A stretch of 64,000 nucleotides of DNA from Botryllus schlosseri (taxonomy: Eukaryota). The notes below the pieces were generated by a model that searched no databases, was not told the DNA's origin, and saw only the letters and a list, made by a program, of their open reading frames with translations. The stretch spans positions 9,302,001 through 9,366,000 of the forward strand of contig CM119372.1 of the NCBI GenBank assembly GCA_051294905.1, written 5' to 3'. The position numbers and the translations under genes were made by a program. Within the stretch, counting starts at the first letter, position 1, and the number at the start of each line of letters is the position of its first letter. Below, piece after piece: positions 12,262-25,281 of this stretch.

Positions 12262-15200
12262 CACGACGCTATCCTAGTTTACTAACTGGATAAAAATAAA
12301 ACGATTATAATAGTAGTTAATATTTGTTAGCTGACACCGTAATACAAACGCAGTTCGAACTAGTTTGCTACCATAATGGAACGGCTAATTTGACGACAGA
12401 TTGTTGTGGGGAGTACCACATCGCCATACGGATTTGTATATACATACAGTATACATGTCAAAGGTTGAGTGAATCAGTCCCTTGCGCCACATGGCCCGAG
12501 CTTAGAGGAAATAGTCACCGTTTTTTTCGTGTTTCGTTTGTTCATTCGCGAATCGTCGTCAACAAACTAACTAACACACATTTATAAGCAGCATAGAGGG
12601 CTTGTCAACCCCCAATCTCAAGTCGCAATGACGTCACACTTATTCTACGACGTCGAAGTCTTTTCATCAGAATTGTCCGTGCTCATGGGCGCGGCCGTAA
12701 TTTATATAACTACATGTTTGTATTGTCACACAATCCTACAAGTGACACTAATACCAAGATCTACATTCTACGGTAGCATTGCCAACCTGCTCTTTGTTGC
12801 CTAGTATCCACTCTCCATAACATCTTATACGGCAGTGGTTCATAATATTTTCAGGCTGACGACTTCATTTGTCAAGATTGAATATGTCGCAACCCCACTT
12901 CCTGACCAACTATTCATTTACATGGCAAGATTATTCGGAGTACACCCTATATATCATTCATTCACATCAGTAGTACAGGGCCGACTCCGTGCCGCGCCCG
13001 ACAATGATCGCTTATTAGTTGTTATGATTTTCGCATAATGCATATAGTACAAGTACATAACACAAGTTTGATGCAAACATCCCCCCCCCCCCAGGCGAAA
13101 TGTACGACATGCCCCATGCCACGATAAAAAGGCAAAATACGTATGACTATATATAGGTTAACCGCATGCTGCACATTTCTCATCATAGAATCTGCAGTTG
13201 CATGCACAAAACGTAGTTTATGTAACAACAATCCAGCATATAGTATATAGTTGAAGGGATATCAATTTTTAATCGAGTTGGTAAACATAGACGGGGTCGA
13301 GAGCAGCAATATTAAATTATCAAATTCGCATGAGACTTTGAAACATAGCCCGATTATTGAGTAAATTTCGTCACACATATTTTTGTGGTATAAGTCACAC
13401 CATCCGTATTCAAGTATTATTTTATGCCATCCTCTTATCCGATGATTTACTTATAACGAGGATACAGATTGGAGATGCTGTCTTTAAAATGGGTGTCATG
13501 TGAATGACAATTTATTGGAGCAATCCAATAAATTTCACGTGATATGTTGTCCTGAAATATGATGAATGACGGAGCGGGGCCCCAAACGGAGATTTTTATC
13601 CGTGCATCGTATTGTCACACATGATATACCATTATTATTATTATTATTATTTACCAAGTAAACATATAAAAGAATAGCAGTTTAATCACGAGATTCTCAT
13701 AGTCTACGTGATATGCCCAATTAAATCATTTATTAGAACATACCTTCATGTCATACGCACGGAAAAATAATTCATTTCCGGCGAAGTCTATCATGACTCA
13801 AAGGAATGCTCACTTATACCAGACTAAACCAAACCTGAAGATGATTTCGCGAGAAACACATCAGCCGAATAGGCACTTCTTTGAGGACAGTTCATCTGTC
13901 CTTGAGCACTACCGGTTGCAGACTTCTGCTATCTGCTAGTATCACTATTCAGTGCAGGTCAACAAAGTGTCAAGACCTATTTTAACTGACATTTGAAAAA
14001 CAGAATAACGAATTTAAATGCTCAAGTCTATGATAGGCTGAAATTCGACGGCCGTGACCCAGAGGAACCTCTGCGTGACTCCAGTTGGGGTCACAACACA
14101 TATGTTGGTGACCACTGCTATCTCAGGGCATATATAGGCTGTTACTGTTGCTGTTCCGACCTCATATGCACTCCATGGTCACATTGGTCAGGCTGACACG
14201 CAGGGCCAATTCCAGATTAAAAACTGAACTATGAACACAGCACGCCGACGAATCGATGCGCGATCCGGTAATCTGTCTGTTTCGGATTAATTGTTCCCTT
14301 CAATTAAAATTCACCTCAAAATGCTCCTCGAACTGAAATGGTACATATCACCTGTTAACAAATATAGACACCACGGATATCTAGAGATTTAGATATCCCT
14401 AATTCAAACGCCTGTGCTGGTGGCAAGCACGATAAGACGGCTTGGCCATTAAACACGATGCTTGTCCATATGATCAAAACATCGCCTAACCTAACGCGTC
14501 TTCTGTTTTCGATTGAACAATTGTTTATTTTCTTCGTCGTTCAAATACGTTTCAGAAATTGGATCGATTACCGCGACGGACATCCGACGTCAAAAGCATC
14601 GCATTCTCCCTGCGGGGATACGAAGAGTCCCGAAAAAATACCGGCAATATTCTAGCCTGTTGGCGTAACAACAAAGATTCGAATATGAAATTCAACAATC
14701 ACATTAAGTCGCCGTGACGCATAGTGATGGCGAGTTGATTTGAACTAAGCTGATTTGTAAACAAACTCCAAAGCGACCAATGCGTTGGCATGTATATCGG
14801 GAAACAAAATCCGTAATTCCAACATCCTCAGAGATACTACAAGCGCTGCCGTATTTGCCGCGAATGAATAATTTATCCGCAGTGATTTTTACCGACAAAA
14901 ATCCTCTATTTAACATATTGTCTGCGAGATATGATGACTTAGTGGATATATGCCCAATATTGCCCATCCTAATTGATCAAAATATGTCGATTCTGGATGC
15001 GGCGCGATCCATCACTTTGCATAAAAACGCCAAGGAACATATTTTGACAGGGAAGACAGATATGCTTTAGTACACTTATAAACCGTCTCGTCAATTACGT
15101 CATCTCGAAAGCATGACATCATGGCGGAGCCATGACAAACCATGTTACATAATATTATCTCCTATGTACTTTGCTTATGATCACGTAAAACACTCAGGTA

Positions 15201-15645
15201 AAATGTCGCCATGAGATAAATTGTGGGATAAATAATGGTCGTCTCAGTGATGAGTATGAATTTCAATTTGGATATGATTTGCAGTTACGAGAAACCGGAT
15301 TAAGATCCCAGTTTGAACTGTTCCGAATGATACCAATTTAAATGCGACTTCCAAAGCATTACTGGAAATGAAATTTAATTTTGACATGACGACAGATTAA
15401 TTCAGGATTTGGATTTCACTTATTAAGCTCATATCCAGAACCTGGGTTGTAGAGATATTTATGTAATATCTGATTCGTCAGCTTCGAACCAATCGATCGG
15501 TATTCGACGTCATCCGGTTAAAACAGCTAGTGTAAAAAAACTGATATGCTGAAAATTGAGAGTGTCCTAACAGCGATGCATTCAAAGTAGCGGGTGTTCT
15601 ATTTTTTAGCATTACAACGAGAGTATCATTAGCTAGACATTCAAA

Positions 15646-15770
15646 ATACGATTGTTGATACGATTGTTGATATACAATGTTCTTTCCAATTCTCTACTAG
15701 TTGCTGACGATTACCCCAGACGAGTGTCAGCCGAAAATATTCGGGTTCATTTCAATATGAATATACTATT
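15646..15770 (+). mobile_element. Second copy of the Penelope-like fragment
   Basis: Near-identical reverse complement of 10530-10644; flanked by direct repeat ACATTCAAAATA; ribozyme core mutated (CAGACGA). Confidence 0.55.
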
Positions 15771-16889
15771 TAATAACATTCAAAATAGCGATCTAGTAAA
15801 ACTAGTGTGCTTATAGATGAGCTTGTGTTAGGGCTAGGTGTATGGTTAGGGTTAGCTTTGGGTATGGTTTGCTGTCATGACATTTATGGCACTCCATATT
15901 TTCAATGCATCGCAATTACGACACTTGCTGGCTTCGAACTTACTATTTTGAGCAAATCGATACCGATCCTTCAGCGCCACCTATAGAAAGATCTCAGGGC
16001 GACATGACGACAAGGCGACGAATGGCAAATTCCTTCGTTCACTGTATATATCTATGCTGCACTGCTGAAAACATAGTTGTATTATAAATCATATTCAAGA
16101 ATTTGAAATTATACAGATGAAATATGATTGACAAAACAGTGTCAGGCTTTAATCTACTGATAGCAAGTGGCCTGGTGAAAGTTTAATCACGAATAAAAGG
16201 CACAAATGCTGCTATACGAAATCGTTGCTACACTGCTCAGAAGTACCAGTCATGCAATCGAGCGAGGCGTACAAACTCAATGCCATGCATACATGCAGAT
16301 CTCGTCTTCCTTAAAGCAAAGTACCGTTCTTGCAAAAGACCGTAGAAGTAATACATTCACCATCACCTTTATCGCATTGTAGCAGCTACATCGGTCACCT
16401 TCTCCGGAGCAATGCCGATGTTTTGGCCAGTACTTATACAAACAGCTATAGGCATGACGTCATATAGTTGATACCATTCACGCATAATATTCTTTAATAT
16501 TCAACGCGGGATTTTTTAAGTCGTGGAATAGAATCTATTGCACGATAACTCGAAAGCGACAATATTTCTAGATAGGAATTATACGAAAATGGGATCTCAG
16601 AGTAGTGGTTCGTCGGAGAAATAAATACACTTTTTGGGGAAATCGTATAGCAGAAAACCCATACCAAACATTTAATAAAACCGGTCTTAGTCGAAAGCTA
16701 CGGCCAAAATGATCCTGAAAATGTAAATTACAATCCGGAACCTGTCATGGCACTGGGAACATCGTCAAAATCGCCCTAAAATATGAAAATGGGCATTGTT
16801 CCAACACTCGACTTAGAAGACAATGCGGTGTTGATATCGATTATGAGTATAGAAGAGACCAAGTTACTCGGAGTCACCTTGGTCTAGGT

Positions 16890-18228
16890 CAGTGGTTCCC
16901 ATCGTGGGCGATATCGCCCCCCAGGGGGCGATTTGTCAGTCCAGGGGGGCGAAAATAGCCAAGGGGGCGATAGGGGGCGAAAACGGACGAAAGGGGCGAC
17001 AGGGGGGCGATGGCGCGTTGAAATGGCTATATTGTGGTCCATGACCCCAACTGAGATGGGGGGCCCGAGCTCGAAGGGTGCCCACAATTTTTTCGTGAAT
17101 TAATAATAATTATAGAGTATTCTTTGGAAATTTAGGAAACTTTTTCAAAAAAATTTCGCGCTGCGTGCCATTTCGTGGTCTCATATTTCTTGCTTATTGG
17201 ATACCCTTCCTCCAAAAAATAATGCGCATGAGATATAGAAATCGGCATCTCGACGTCAGCCATTATCACACCATGACGCACCAAGACATATGAAGTTTCA
17301 GGCCATGTAACATGCGATTCCGAGAAGTGTGCCAGAACGACAAAAACCTTGGCGGAAAAGGAATGCCTTCAAGCTGACCGACTTCGATATATATACGATA
17401 TACAATATACATATATATTTAATTGTCCATAGGTGCCTAAATGGCTGGCGCCAAATGTTCCTGTCCTGGCAATCAGAACCCAACAAAAAATATCTCGTTG
17501 AGAAAAATCAATTACCAGTGCAGAAATACAAATTTGACATAGTGTGCATCTTTTAGTTTAGTTCGTATGGGCGAATTGAATATCTTTTGACATAGCAGAC
17601 AAGCCACGAAATGTCATTACGTAACGAAGTCATTATACCCAAGGGTCCACCCGAATATGTTCAATTATTATTTACGGGCCCTACATTTTCCAAGACACCT
17701 CACTCAGCTGTACCGGTAAATCTGAATACATGAGCAGAGAGAGGATAAAAACTTGACAGCATTATATATGCAATTCCCGATCATATTGACCGATTCAATC
17801 ATCAATGATAGAAATTTTTCGCGCTTAGCGCGAATTAAGCCGGCTAACTAAAGAGTCCAACAATTTGTGCTGAGAAGTAGCGGTAAAGAGGTATCGGGGG
17901 AGTAGGGTCTGTGGGGTGCAAAAGTTTGCTTTATCGCCCTATGGAGGGGGGTCAAGACCAACGTATTGGGGGGGGGGCTGACGAAGTGCTGTTACGGTCC
18001 TTTGTGAATCAAGTCGGAGAAATCACCATTTTTGTTAGTCAACTCACCAAAATTTAGCTGGAAAAGTGTAATTTCGAGGTCGATCCGAAAAGTTGACCCT
18101 TTCTCTTAGTCAACTCGCCGGTGATTTCAGTCTGTATGTCCATTTTTCGGTTCCCAATATTTGGGGGGCGAAGATCGGTGTGGAGTTTGAAAAGGGGGCG
18201 ATGAGTCGAAAAAGGTTGGGAACCACTG
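16890..18228. mobile_element. hAT (Charlie-like) non-autonomous element
   Basis: CAGTGGTTCCC...GGGAACCACTG TIRs, GGGGCGA subterminal repeats, perfect TSD GTCTAGGT; a shorter sister copy lies at 60815-61224. Confidence 0.9.
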
Positions 18229-21176
18229 GTCTAGGTGAACAAAGTCTATTTGTGGCTACCATTACCGAAATAGCCGATCACGCAGACGCGGGTATTTCCA
18301 GGGCTTTCATTTCAATCACGGATGGAGACCAGGAATCGATCAAACCGTTGAAACCGAATTCACAAATGACACATCACCAAGACAGTCAGCAGATGTCGAC
18401 TGCGTGGACGCCCAAAAGGATACAACACACTAATATAATTACTATTCCAAGCCTGAACAGGATCGTGTATCAAAAGAATGTGAATTTACACCCGTGACCC
18501 GTGTTCCGCCGGTGATATACGGGTGTGAATATACACCCGTGTTACACCAAACCAGCACCTACCTCAGAGCTAAACCACGGTGTAAATCAAATACAATGTT
18601 TTAATCCCAATGATGCTTGGTATGAAGGTATGAAGATGAACACAACACGTAGGATTGATAACCGCGATATAATTTCGAGTTGGTCCTGTTGTAGTGTACA
18701 GCCTTTAGGTGTGAATACACACTCATTTCGTTAAAGAGTGTAGGCCACACCGTGCAGTATACCGTCTTTATGGTGGTAACTATATGGTTATTGTCGGTAA
18801 GCGTTCGTATTATTTTTTCCGCAACTTCATTGGCAATGAAACGATATCACGGTCCACAATTATCACCTTTGCGTACTACGACACCTCGGCAAAAAACTGA
18901 CAAATCTAAACATTTGCAAAGTAGATAAGAGCTGCCCTACCTCGCAATCGCGCTGCCTCCTCAGTACTTAGCTCTACATAAGTTCCCTAATCCTGTAATG
19001 CTATAGAGTGGTAGCGTACATGAAAATACGGATTCCTATTGCCATTCAAACAGTCGCCGCTAGGGATCACCACATTATGATTACACTTGCAAGATGGATA
19101 CGACGACGCTACTGCTGATGGTGGATTAGCAATCGATAGGGTCAGGAGCCAACGCTCTGATTACCGGTTTGCCAGTCATCTTTCCTTGTTCATGTTCATT
19201 TCTTAAACCTATCCATCGTAACCAATTAGCAAGCAATCCTATGCCGACAAAACCGATTATCATATAAGCCCCATGATGTAGCATTGCAAAAGGGATTTTA
19301 TTGCCAGGTTGACTGAATCGTCGATCATACCATCCGATTGATTGCTTATCCTTATAGAATATGCTAATACAAACCCCAAATGATTGATTGCTAAGCTGCA
19401 TTTTCAAATGCCGCATGTATTTGCATATTGTGATACCGTGTGTATTGCGAAATGGCCCGGAATTTGTGTGTGTCCTATCTCCAGCATGCTATATTTCCTG
19501 TATTCTTAGTCGCCGCGGCTCTGCACCGGTCATCACAGCATCGTAATCGTCTCTGTAGAAGAATTTCTCGTGAAGATCAATAAACTAATGAATTTTTCAG
19601 AGTCATACGATCTATTTTTCATGAATTTAAAAATGCAAAATAGGCGTAAATGCACATTCCGTAGTAGTTTCCATCGTAATGAGTATCGAATATTCACTGG
19701 ATTATCAACTTAGTAGACCTCGATTGGCGTTGAATTGAAATTATTCATGCGAACGAAGTGAGTTCAAGAAAATGGAAATTGCACTCTAAGGAAGCAATCA
19801 AGGAAGTGTACCATATTACGATTAGGCCTACCCATGGTGGCAGTAGTTCATCAATTATAGCCTACACCGAATGATTTAGAATCGAACTCGTTTCGTATAA
19901 TATAATAGATTGTCACGGTGATAAAACCTTATTGCGAATATCACGTATCACGTATATAATCGCACATTATGCATCTTATTGACACAGGGGTCTTATCTGT
20001 GTCGTGTAGCGTCGTAAACCGAATCTTCAGTAAGCTCTATTTGTAACGCCGGTGTGTTATATCTGTTCCAGATTATTCATTCCTGATTTTCATAGGAGAC
20101 CAACGATACTGTCCGATGGTTGAACATAAGACTCTTTCTGAGTGTTTGCCTTTGTCATTTTATATTTCGGGGTAATGATAAAGGACAGTAATTTTTTACA
20201 ATTATACCGAGTGTTATTTGTAGCATTTGAAGATTTATCGGCATGAGCCAAGGTTCTATAAGTAATTTCGATACTGAAATCTTAACAACTCGCTTTGATC
20301 TAGCCTTATATGTCACCTATTTCTTCTGTCTGTCTGTACTATCGGTGCAAAGTTGTTTAGCGCTATCGCAATTCGACTACTATAAATGAAATCTTGAAGA
20401 ATCCTACTCAAAAGCTATTTCATTCGTTTCCAGCATGTTACTATTTAAAAGGATAAAAAAATGTGTTGGTGATTCTCCATAATCTATATCAACGATGAAG
20501 GACACCTTTCTTCGACCTCAAGCTATAGTGCCTGCGCCTAAGCATCCTTGGAAGCATCGAACAAAGTGCAGTAGGGGAATAACTGTACGTGACTCCGTGA
20601 ATGCCGTGACATTGAACTGCTAAGCATAAAATTGATGGTTCTTAAAAATTTCGCAATCGTATAGGATGCTTGAACGATCACACAGCATATTCAGTTTGGA
20701 AGCAGGCTCCATCCATGCGAATACATGCCATGGCATTCGATATTCAGATCGATGTCAAGCTCGAAACCATAATATGAGTAATTCCATTTGAACGGTCTGC
20801 GCGCCACGAAGATTGTCAGGTGTCTGGCCAATTGTGAAATACCGGTTTACGGCGTCAGTTGAGCAAAACCGAGGGTGACCGGGGTGGCATTACGGGAGTA
20901 TGAGCTAAATAAAATGATGATTACTGAAGTTACTGTCGTGGCGCAAATAACCGTATAAGCGTTGTTTGTGTGTGAATAAAAACAAAGGAGCTGTTTGGTC
21001 GCACACGGTCTGCAAATTAAGGGGACCAGCAAGTTTGCATTTTCTCGCATAATTACATATAGGATTACATTCAAAACAAATGCTGTTTTAAAATGTTTTA
21101 AACAGTGTTTAAAATAGAATGAAAATGACTCGACTTGACTCGAATCAAAACTATAAAAGTGAGATTGACTTGTGAC

Positions 21177-21325
21177 CAGGGCTTTGGAGCCGGAGCCGGA
21201 TCCCGGAGCCGGAGCCCCGGAGCCGTGCATTTTCACCGGAGCTGGAACCGGAGCCGGAGCTCTACATAAAATTCAGCCGGAGCCGGAGCTGGAGCCCGTT
21301 ATTTGAGGAGTAGCTCCGGCTCCGA
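21177..21325. repeat. (GGAGCC)n subterminal array of a truncated DNA transposon end
   Basis: CAGGGCTTT followed by repeated GGAGCC/GGAGCT hexamers. Confidence 0.65.
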
Positions 21326-21340
21326 CCTATTTCATAAGAT

Positions 21341-21713
21341 TAGGCTTACCATACGTCCTCGTTTAAGAGGATTTGTCCTCTTTTTTGACTTTTTTGAAAG
21401 TGTCCTCGGAGGACGCCCGTTTGTCCTCTTTTTTGAAAATTTAGGTCAGATTTAGAGCAAATTGCGAGTGATATGCCGCAAATTATCACAGAAGTGAAGC
21501 TCCGGCGGGTATTTCGGAGTGAAAAACGGTGATTTTAGCTCTGAGCGAAAAGATGACCTTTTTTTTTTAGTCATCCACCTGATTTTGAGCTCTGAGCGGA
21601 GAAGATGAGCTTTTTTTGGGGGGGGGGAAAGTCACCGGTTTTTGAGAATTCTACTAAGTTGCAAATTTTGAAAAAGTGTCCTCTTTTTAGATTTCCAAGA
21701 TATGGTAAGCCTA
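21341..21713. mobile_element. hAT MITE
   Basis: TIR TAGGCTTACCATA...TATGGTAAGCCTA; perfect TSD CATAAGAT. Confidence 0.9.
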
Positions 21714-23051
21714 CATAAGATGCCATTGTATATATATGCAACAAACACATCTGCTGATTTATCATAATTGAACAGCAGGCCTGCATGTGCACAGCAATGG
21801 CATAGACCATAGAGTAAAGTGCGTTCTAGTGCAACTATGATGTTGTCGACAATTGACAAGTATTCAGTATGACGTCACAAGCCAGCACGGCGGCACCTAT
21901 ATGTCTTCGTTGCTACATCGGATGTTACTGACGGCTGACAGACTCGAGATTACTCTAGATAACTAACCTATGGGTAGATTAGTAATCTATATAGACCAGG
22001 AATGGCCAACCTTTTCGGCTAAAGGGGCACATGCAATTGACGAACGAGTGTGCGGTCCACTAGCCGCGCCATGCGGGTAAATTTTCTAAGTTTATAAATA
22101 AACTAGGTCAATAATATTATTACTTGAGTATTGCGGGTCTATTTAATACCGCCCGCTAGACTCAGTTTGCAAGGACACGACTATTCGGCGTCTGGCCACA
22201 TCGATATCGAAGGTCTCCGATAATATGCGACAATAATGTTGTGCCTACATTTCACCGTCGACGATCATTATGCGAGCGCAAACGCGAAAAGACTTTCTCG
22301 CGTAATTGCGAATACAGTTACACTCAATCGGGTAAATTGGGCGTTTTTTTTATTGTCCGTAGGGGGTAGGCTACCAAGCAAGAAATCGTGTGACAATTAA
22401 ACACGCGAAGCGTGAAGAAAAATTTCGCTACTATTTTAGTTTATTGTAATGTACGACGATTTATTGAAAATGTGACTGGACCCTGGATCTGCCAATGCGT
22501 CGCAACTGATATTTTAGTCATCAACATCCCAAGTGTCGCAGCCAGAATTGTAATTTTTGGTTGGCATTGCAAGTTCACAATCTGAGCAATTCATTTTCGA
22601 TAACATAATAGTAAATTACCTCGCGGGCCACGTAAAACCTCTCGCGGGCCACATCTAGTTCTAGATATCCCTGTGTGAACGGAATCACGCCGACCCGCTA
22701 CCCAAATTATATTCATCGATACTTTCGTGAAAGCATACATGTAACCCCGTAACCACTGCGCGCGAAGCGCGACGAAAATTCTGGGCTTTATCCAACTTTT
22801 ATGAAAATTAAATGTTGATGCTCCGTGAAAACAGCCCCGAAATTCTTCAGGCTATCTTCCTGATGGGAAGATTGAACTACTTCTACTTGACAAACTGAAA
22901 ATAGCGAAAAGTAAGTAAGTAGATCACAAAATATTACGAAGTAGAAGTAGAAGTAGCGAAAATCAGATCTAATTGAGTAAGTACCAGAAGTAGAGGGAAA
23001 CTACTTGAGTACTTCGAAAAAGTAGAAGTACTTCGTTACTGACCACCTCTG

Positions 23052-23660
23052 AATGTCGTTTGTGGTAATCATAGTGTTTGTCGACTACAATGGTCATTTA
23101 CACCAGGCTGATATTTCTTATTTTTGATTCCGTAACTGCCGAGATGTAGCACGGCACAATTCTAGGCTTGTAGGACACCGCTTATGCCAGTGGTTGCCAA
23201 CTCAAAACGGGTCTCGGGCTACTTCTCTCAAATTTCGTAGAGGACGCAGGCCACATGAAATCAATATTGCGACTAATTAGGCCACATAGTTGAACAACGA
23301 CGCTATCTCGTCACGTACCCAATCTAATGAATTGATATCTTTGTAAATTTTGGGTACTGGACTTATCGAACGCCTTGAAATCCTAATTAAGGATTGCACC
23401 GTGTGTTGATTGATCAGAGTGAACCAGACATGGCGGCGCCTGTATGACAACGCTATTCTCAAATCCACATTGTCTTCGTCATTATCGGCGAGAAAGGGCT
23501 TTGAAGTGACATTGCTGTCGTTAAAATACATTCACTATATACGATTTATTCCTTGTATTTGGATAAATGGGTGAATAATGTATCGACTCAGCAATCCGGC
23601 CCGCCAAGTACTTAATTTTCCTATATCCGGCCTGTCGACTGGAGAAGTTGCCCGCCCCTG
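23052..23660 (-). mobile_element. Truncated copy of the hAT MITE at 52445-53281
   Basis: Reverse complement matches 52445-53015 closely (both give the ORF MYFNDSNVTSKPFLADNDE); interrupted by an (AGTAGA)-rich element end at ~22860-23050. Confidence 0.8.
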
Positions 23661-24001
23661 ATTTAAGTGGTGTATGCCTGTAAACCTAGTTTCGGCTTCA
23701 AGTTTGAATCTGCCCAAAAGCTTGAAACAGGCATCGTCTAACTTCTTCAGCAACACTGAAGCAAGCATCATCTGATTGTTCGCTAGGCGTTCTCCTTTTT
23801 TCCGCGAACTCTCCGAACAATCGGCCTTGACGGCTATTTCGGAGTGCTTCCATTGCCATGTTAACATATTAATTCGAGTTTTTGGAATCAGCGCGACACT
23901 ATAGCTTTCGATTGAGACCTGTTTCATTAAATTTTAGCTCACGGGACGCCAGCTATATAGGACTACCAATTACATTTCTTCTAGCCGACTGTGTACACTG
24001 T

Positions 24002-24260
24002 GCCGAGCGAGAAAGTGTAATCGTGATGCGTACGGCTTCTTGATCGGTAGGTCGTGTGTTCGATCCCCGGCCGGGTCAGACCAATGACTCGAAAACTGGT
24101 ATCAGCGGTTATCCCGCTAGGCGGTCAGCAATGGCGGATGAGAAAAAAACGGGGGTGCAGACTAGTTGATCTTACTATGAAGTCCGTATCGCATCTCCGT
24201 CGCCTAAACATCTCGGTTGTGCAGGCGAAAAAGAATACAATCTCTCTCTCTCTCTCTCTC
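24002..24260 (+). mobile_element. tRNA-derived SINE
   Basis: A-box-like AGTGTAATCG, B box GTTCGATCC, central domain, (TC)n tail; a related head occurs at ~31963-32030. Confidence 0.7.
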
Positions 24261-25281
24261 ACTGTGCAGCTTCATTTTGCCGCCCCTGGCGCAGAGCCAG
24301 AACCGCCAAGTGGCTGCTACGCCACTGCCTACACGACTGGATTATCTATTATAAATGGACGCTGACGCTGTATATTAAAATTCATGTGCTGTGAGTGAAG
24401 ACTATCGTGCAGAGTAAGTGATTTTACACTGCATATTAATATAACAGATGATTTGGCAACCCAAAAGCGGTAAGATTGGCTCGATTTCAAGACCAAAAGA
24501 AGTCGGGAACTATAAAACTAGAACAGCATAAATGTGACGTGTCTATAGCCCCATAATTTCAACATTATCTGGCCTGCAAGTTGTAGGCTCTTGTTCCGAT
24601 GTGCATACCTTCGTATGAACCTACGACCAATATTCAAGTAAACATGTTACACCCCGTGTTTTGTCTCCATGAAAAATAACAATGCGTATTCCATCCACAC
24701 ATTAAGTACCCATGACAAGTATTCGTGTAAATGAGGTGTATATGACATTACATGCAATGTATCGGTGTGTACAAACATCGGGGAATAAGGCTGGCTTCGA
24801 TCCACATACAACATTGTCATAGCCGGTAATTTTGATGTAGATCGAATGTCATCATGCAAATTCCCCAGCAGAAGATGCCATGTAGTAACTTCGATTGGAA
24901 TAAGGATTTAAAGAGTATTAGAAGAACGCAGAGCGGACTCGAGCCAGCAACCTTCGTGTTGCAGCTGCGGATCGGCGTACCGCTATCGCCGCCTCGCCAC
25001 ACGCGTAAACGATGTAATTCTAGCCAAACAAAAAACAGACGCGATAGTGTCATGTATACGTCTATAAACTTGAATTTAGGCAAGCCACTTCAATACTAAC
25101 ATTACGAACTAACATGGAAAAGAGTTTTAGTCAGGCAGCGTCTTGGAATAAATTTTCATGAAACACCATCTCCAGATCGAGAAAAAATAGTTCCCGTGGT
25201 TCGTGACTGGTTTCAACATCGAAACTACTGCCCAGTGCTCATGTACCCATTCACTCTCCGTCACAGCTATAGAAAGTGTTG

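Noticed and set aside
16830..16889. LINE RT-like peptide EETKLLGVTL
   Set aside because: Too short, with no flanking RT motifs.
23277..23531. Duplicated small ORF MYFNDSNVTSKPF (also 52576-52797)
   Set aside because: Lies inside two copies of the same MITE; no recognisable domain.
24002..24080. tRNA gene (also ~31963-32030 and ~24925-25000)
   Set aside because: Pol III boxes are present but there is no convincing cloverleaf; the 24002 copy continues into a body and (TC)n tail, so these are SINE heads.
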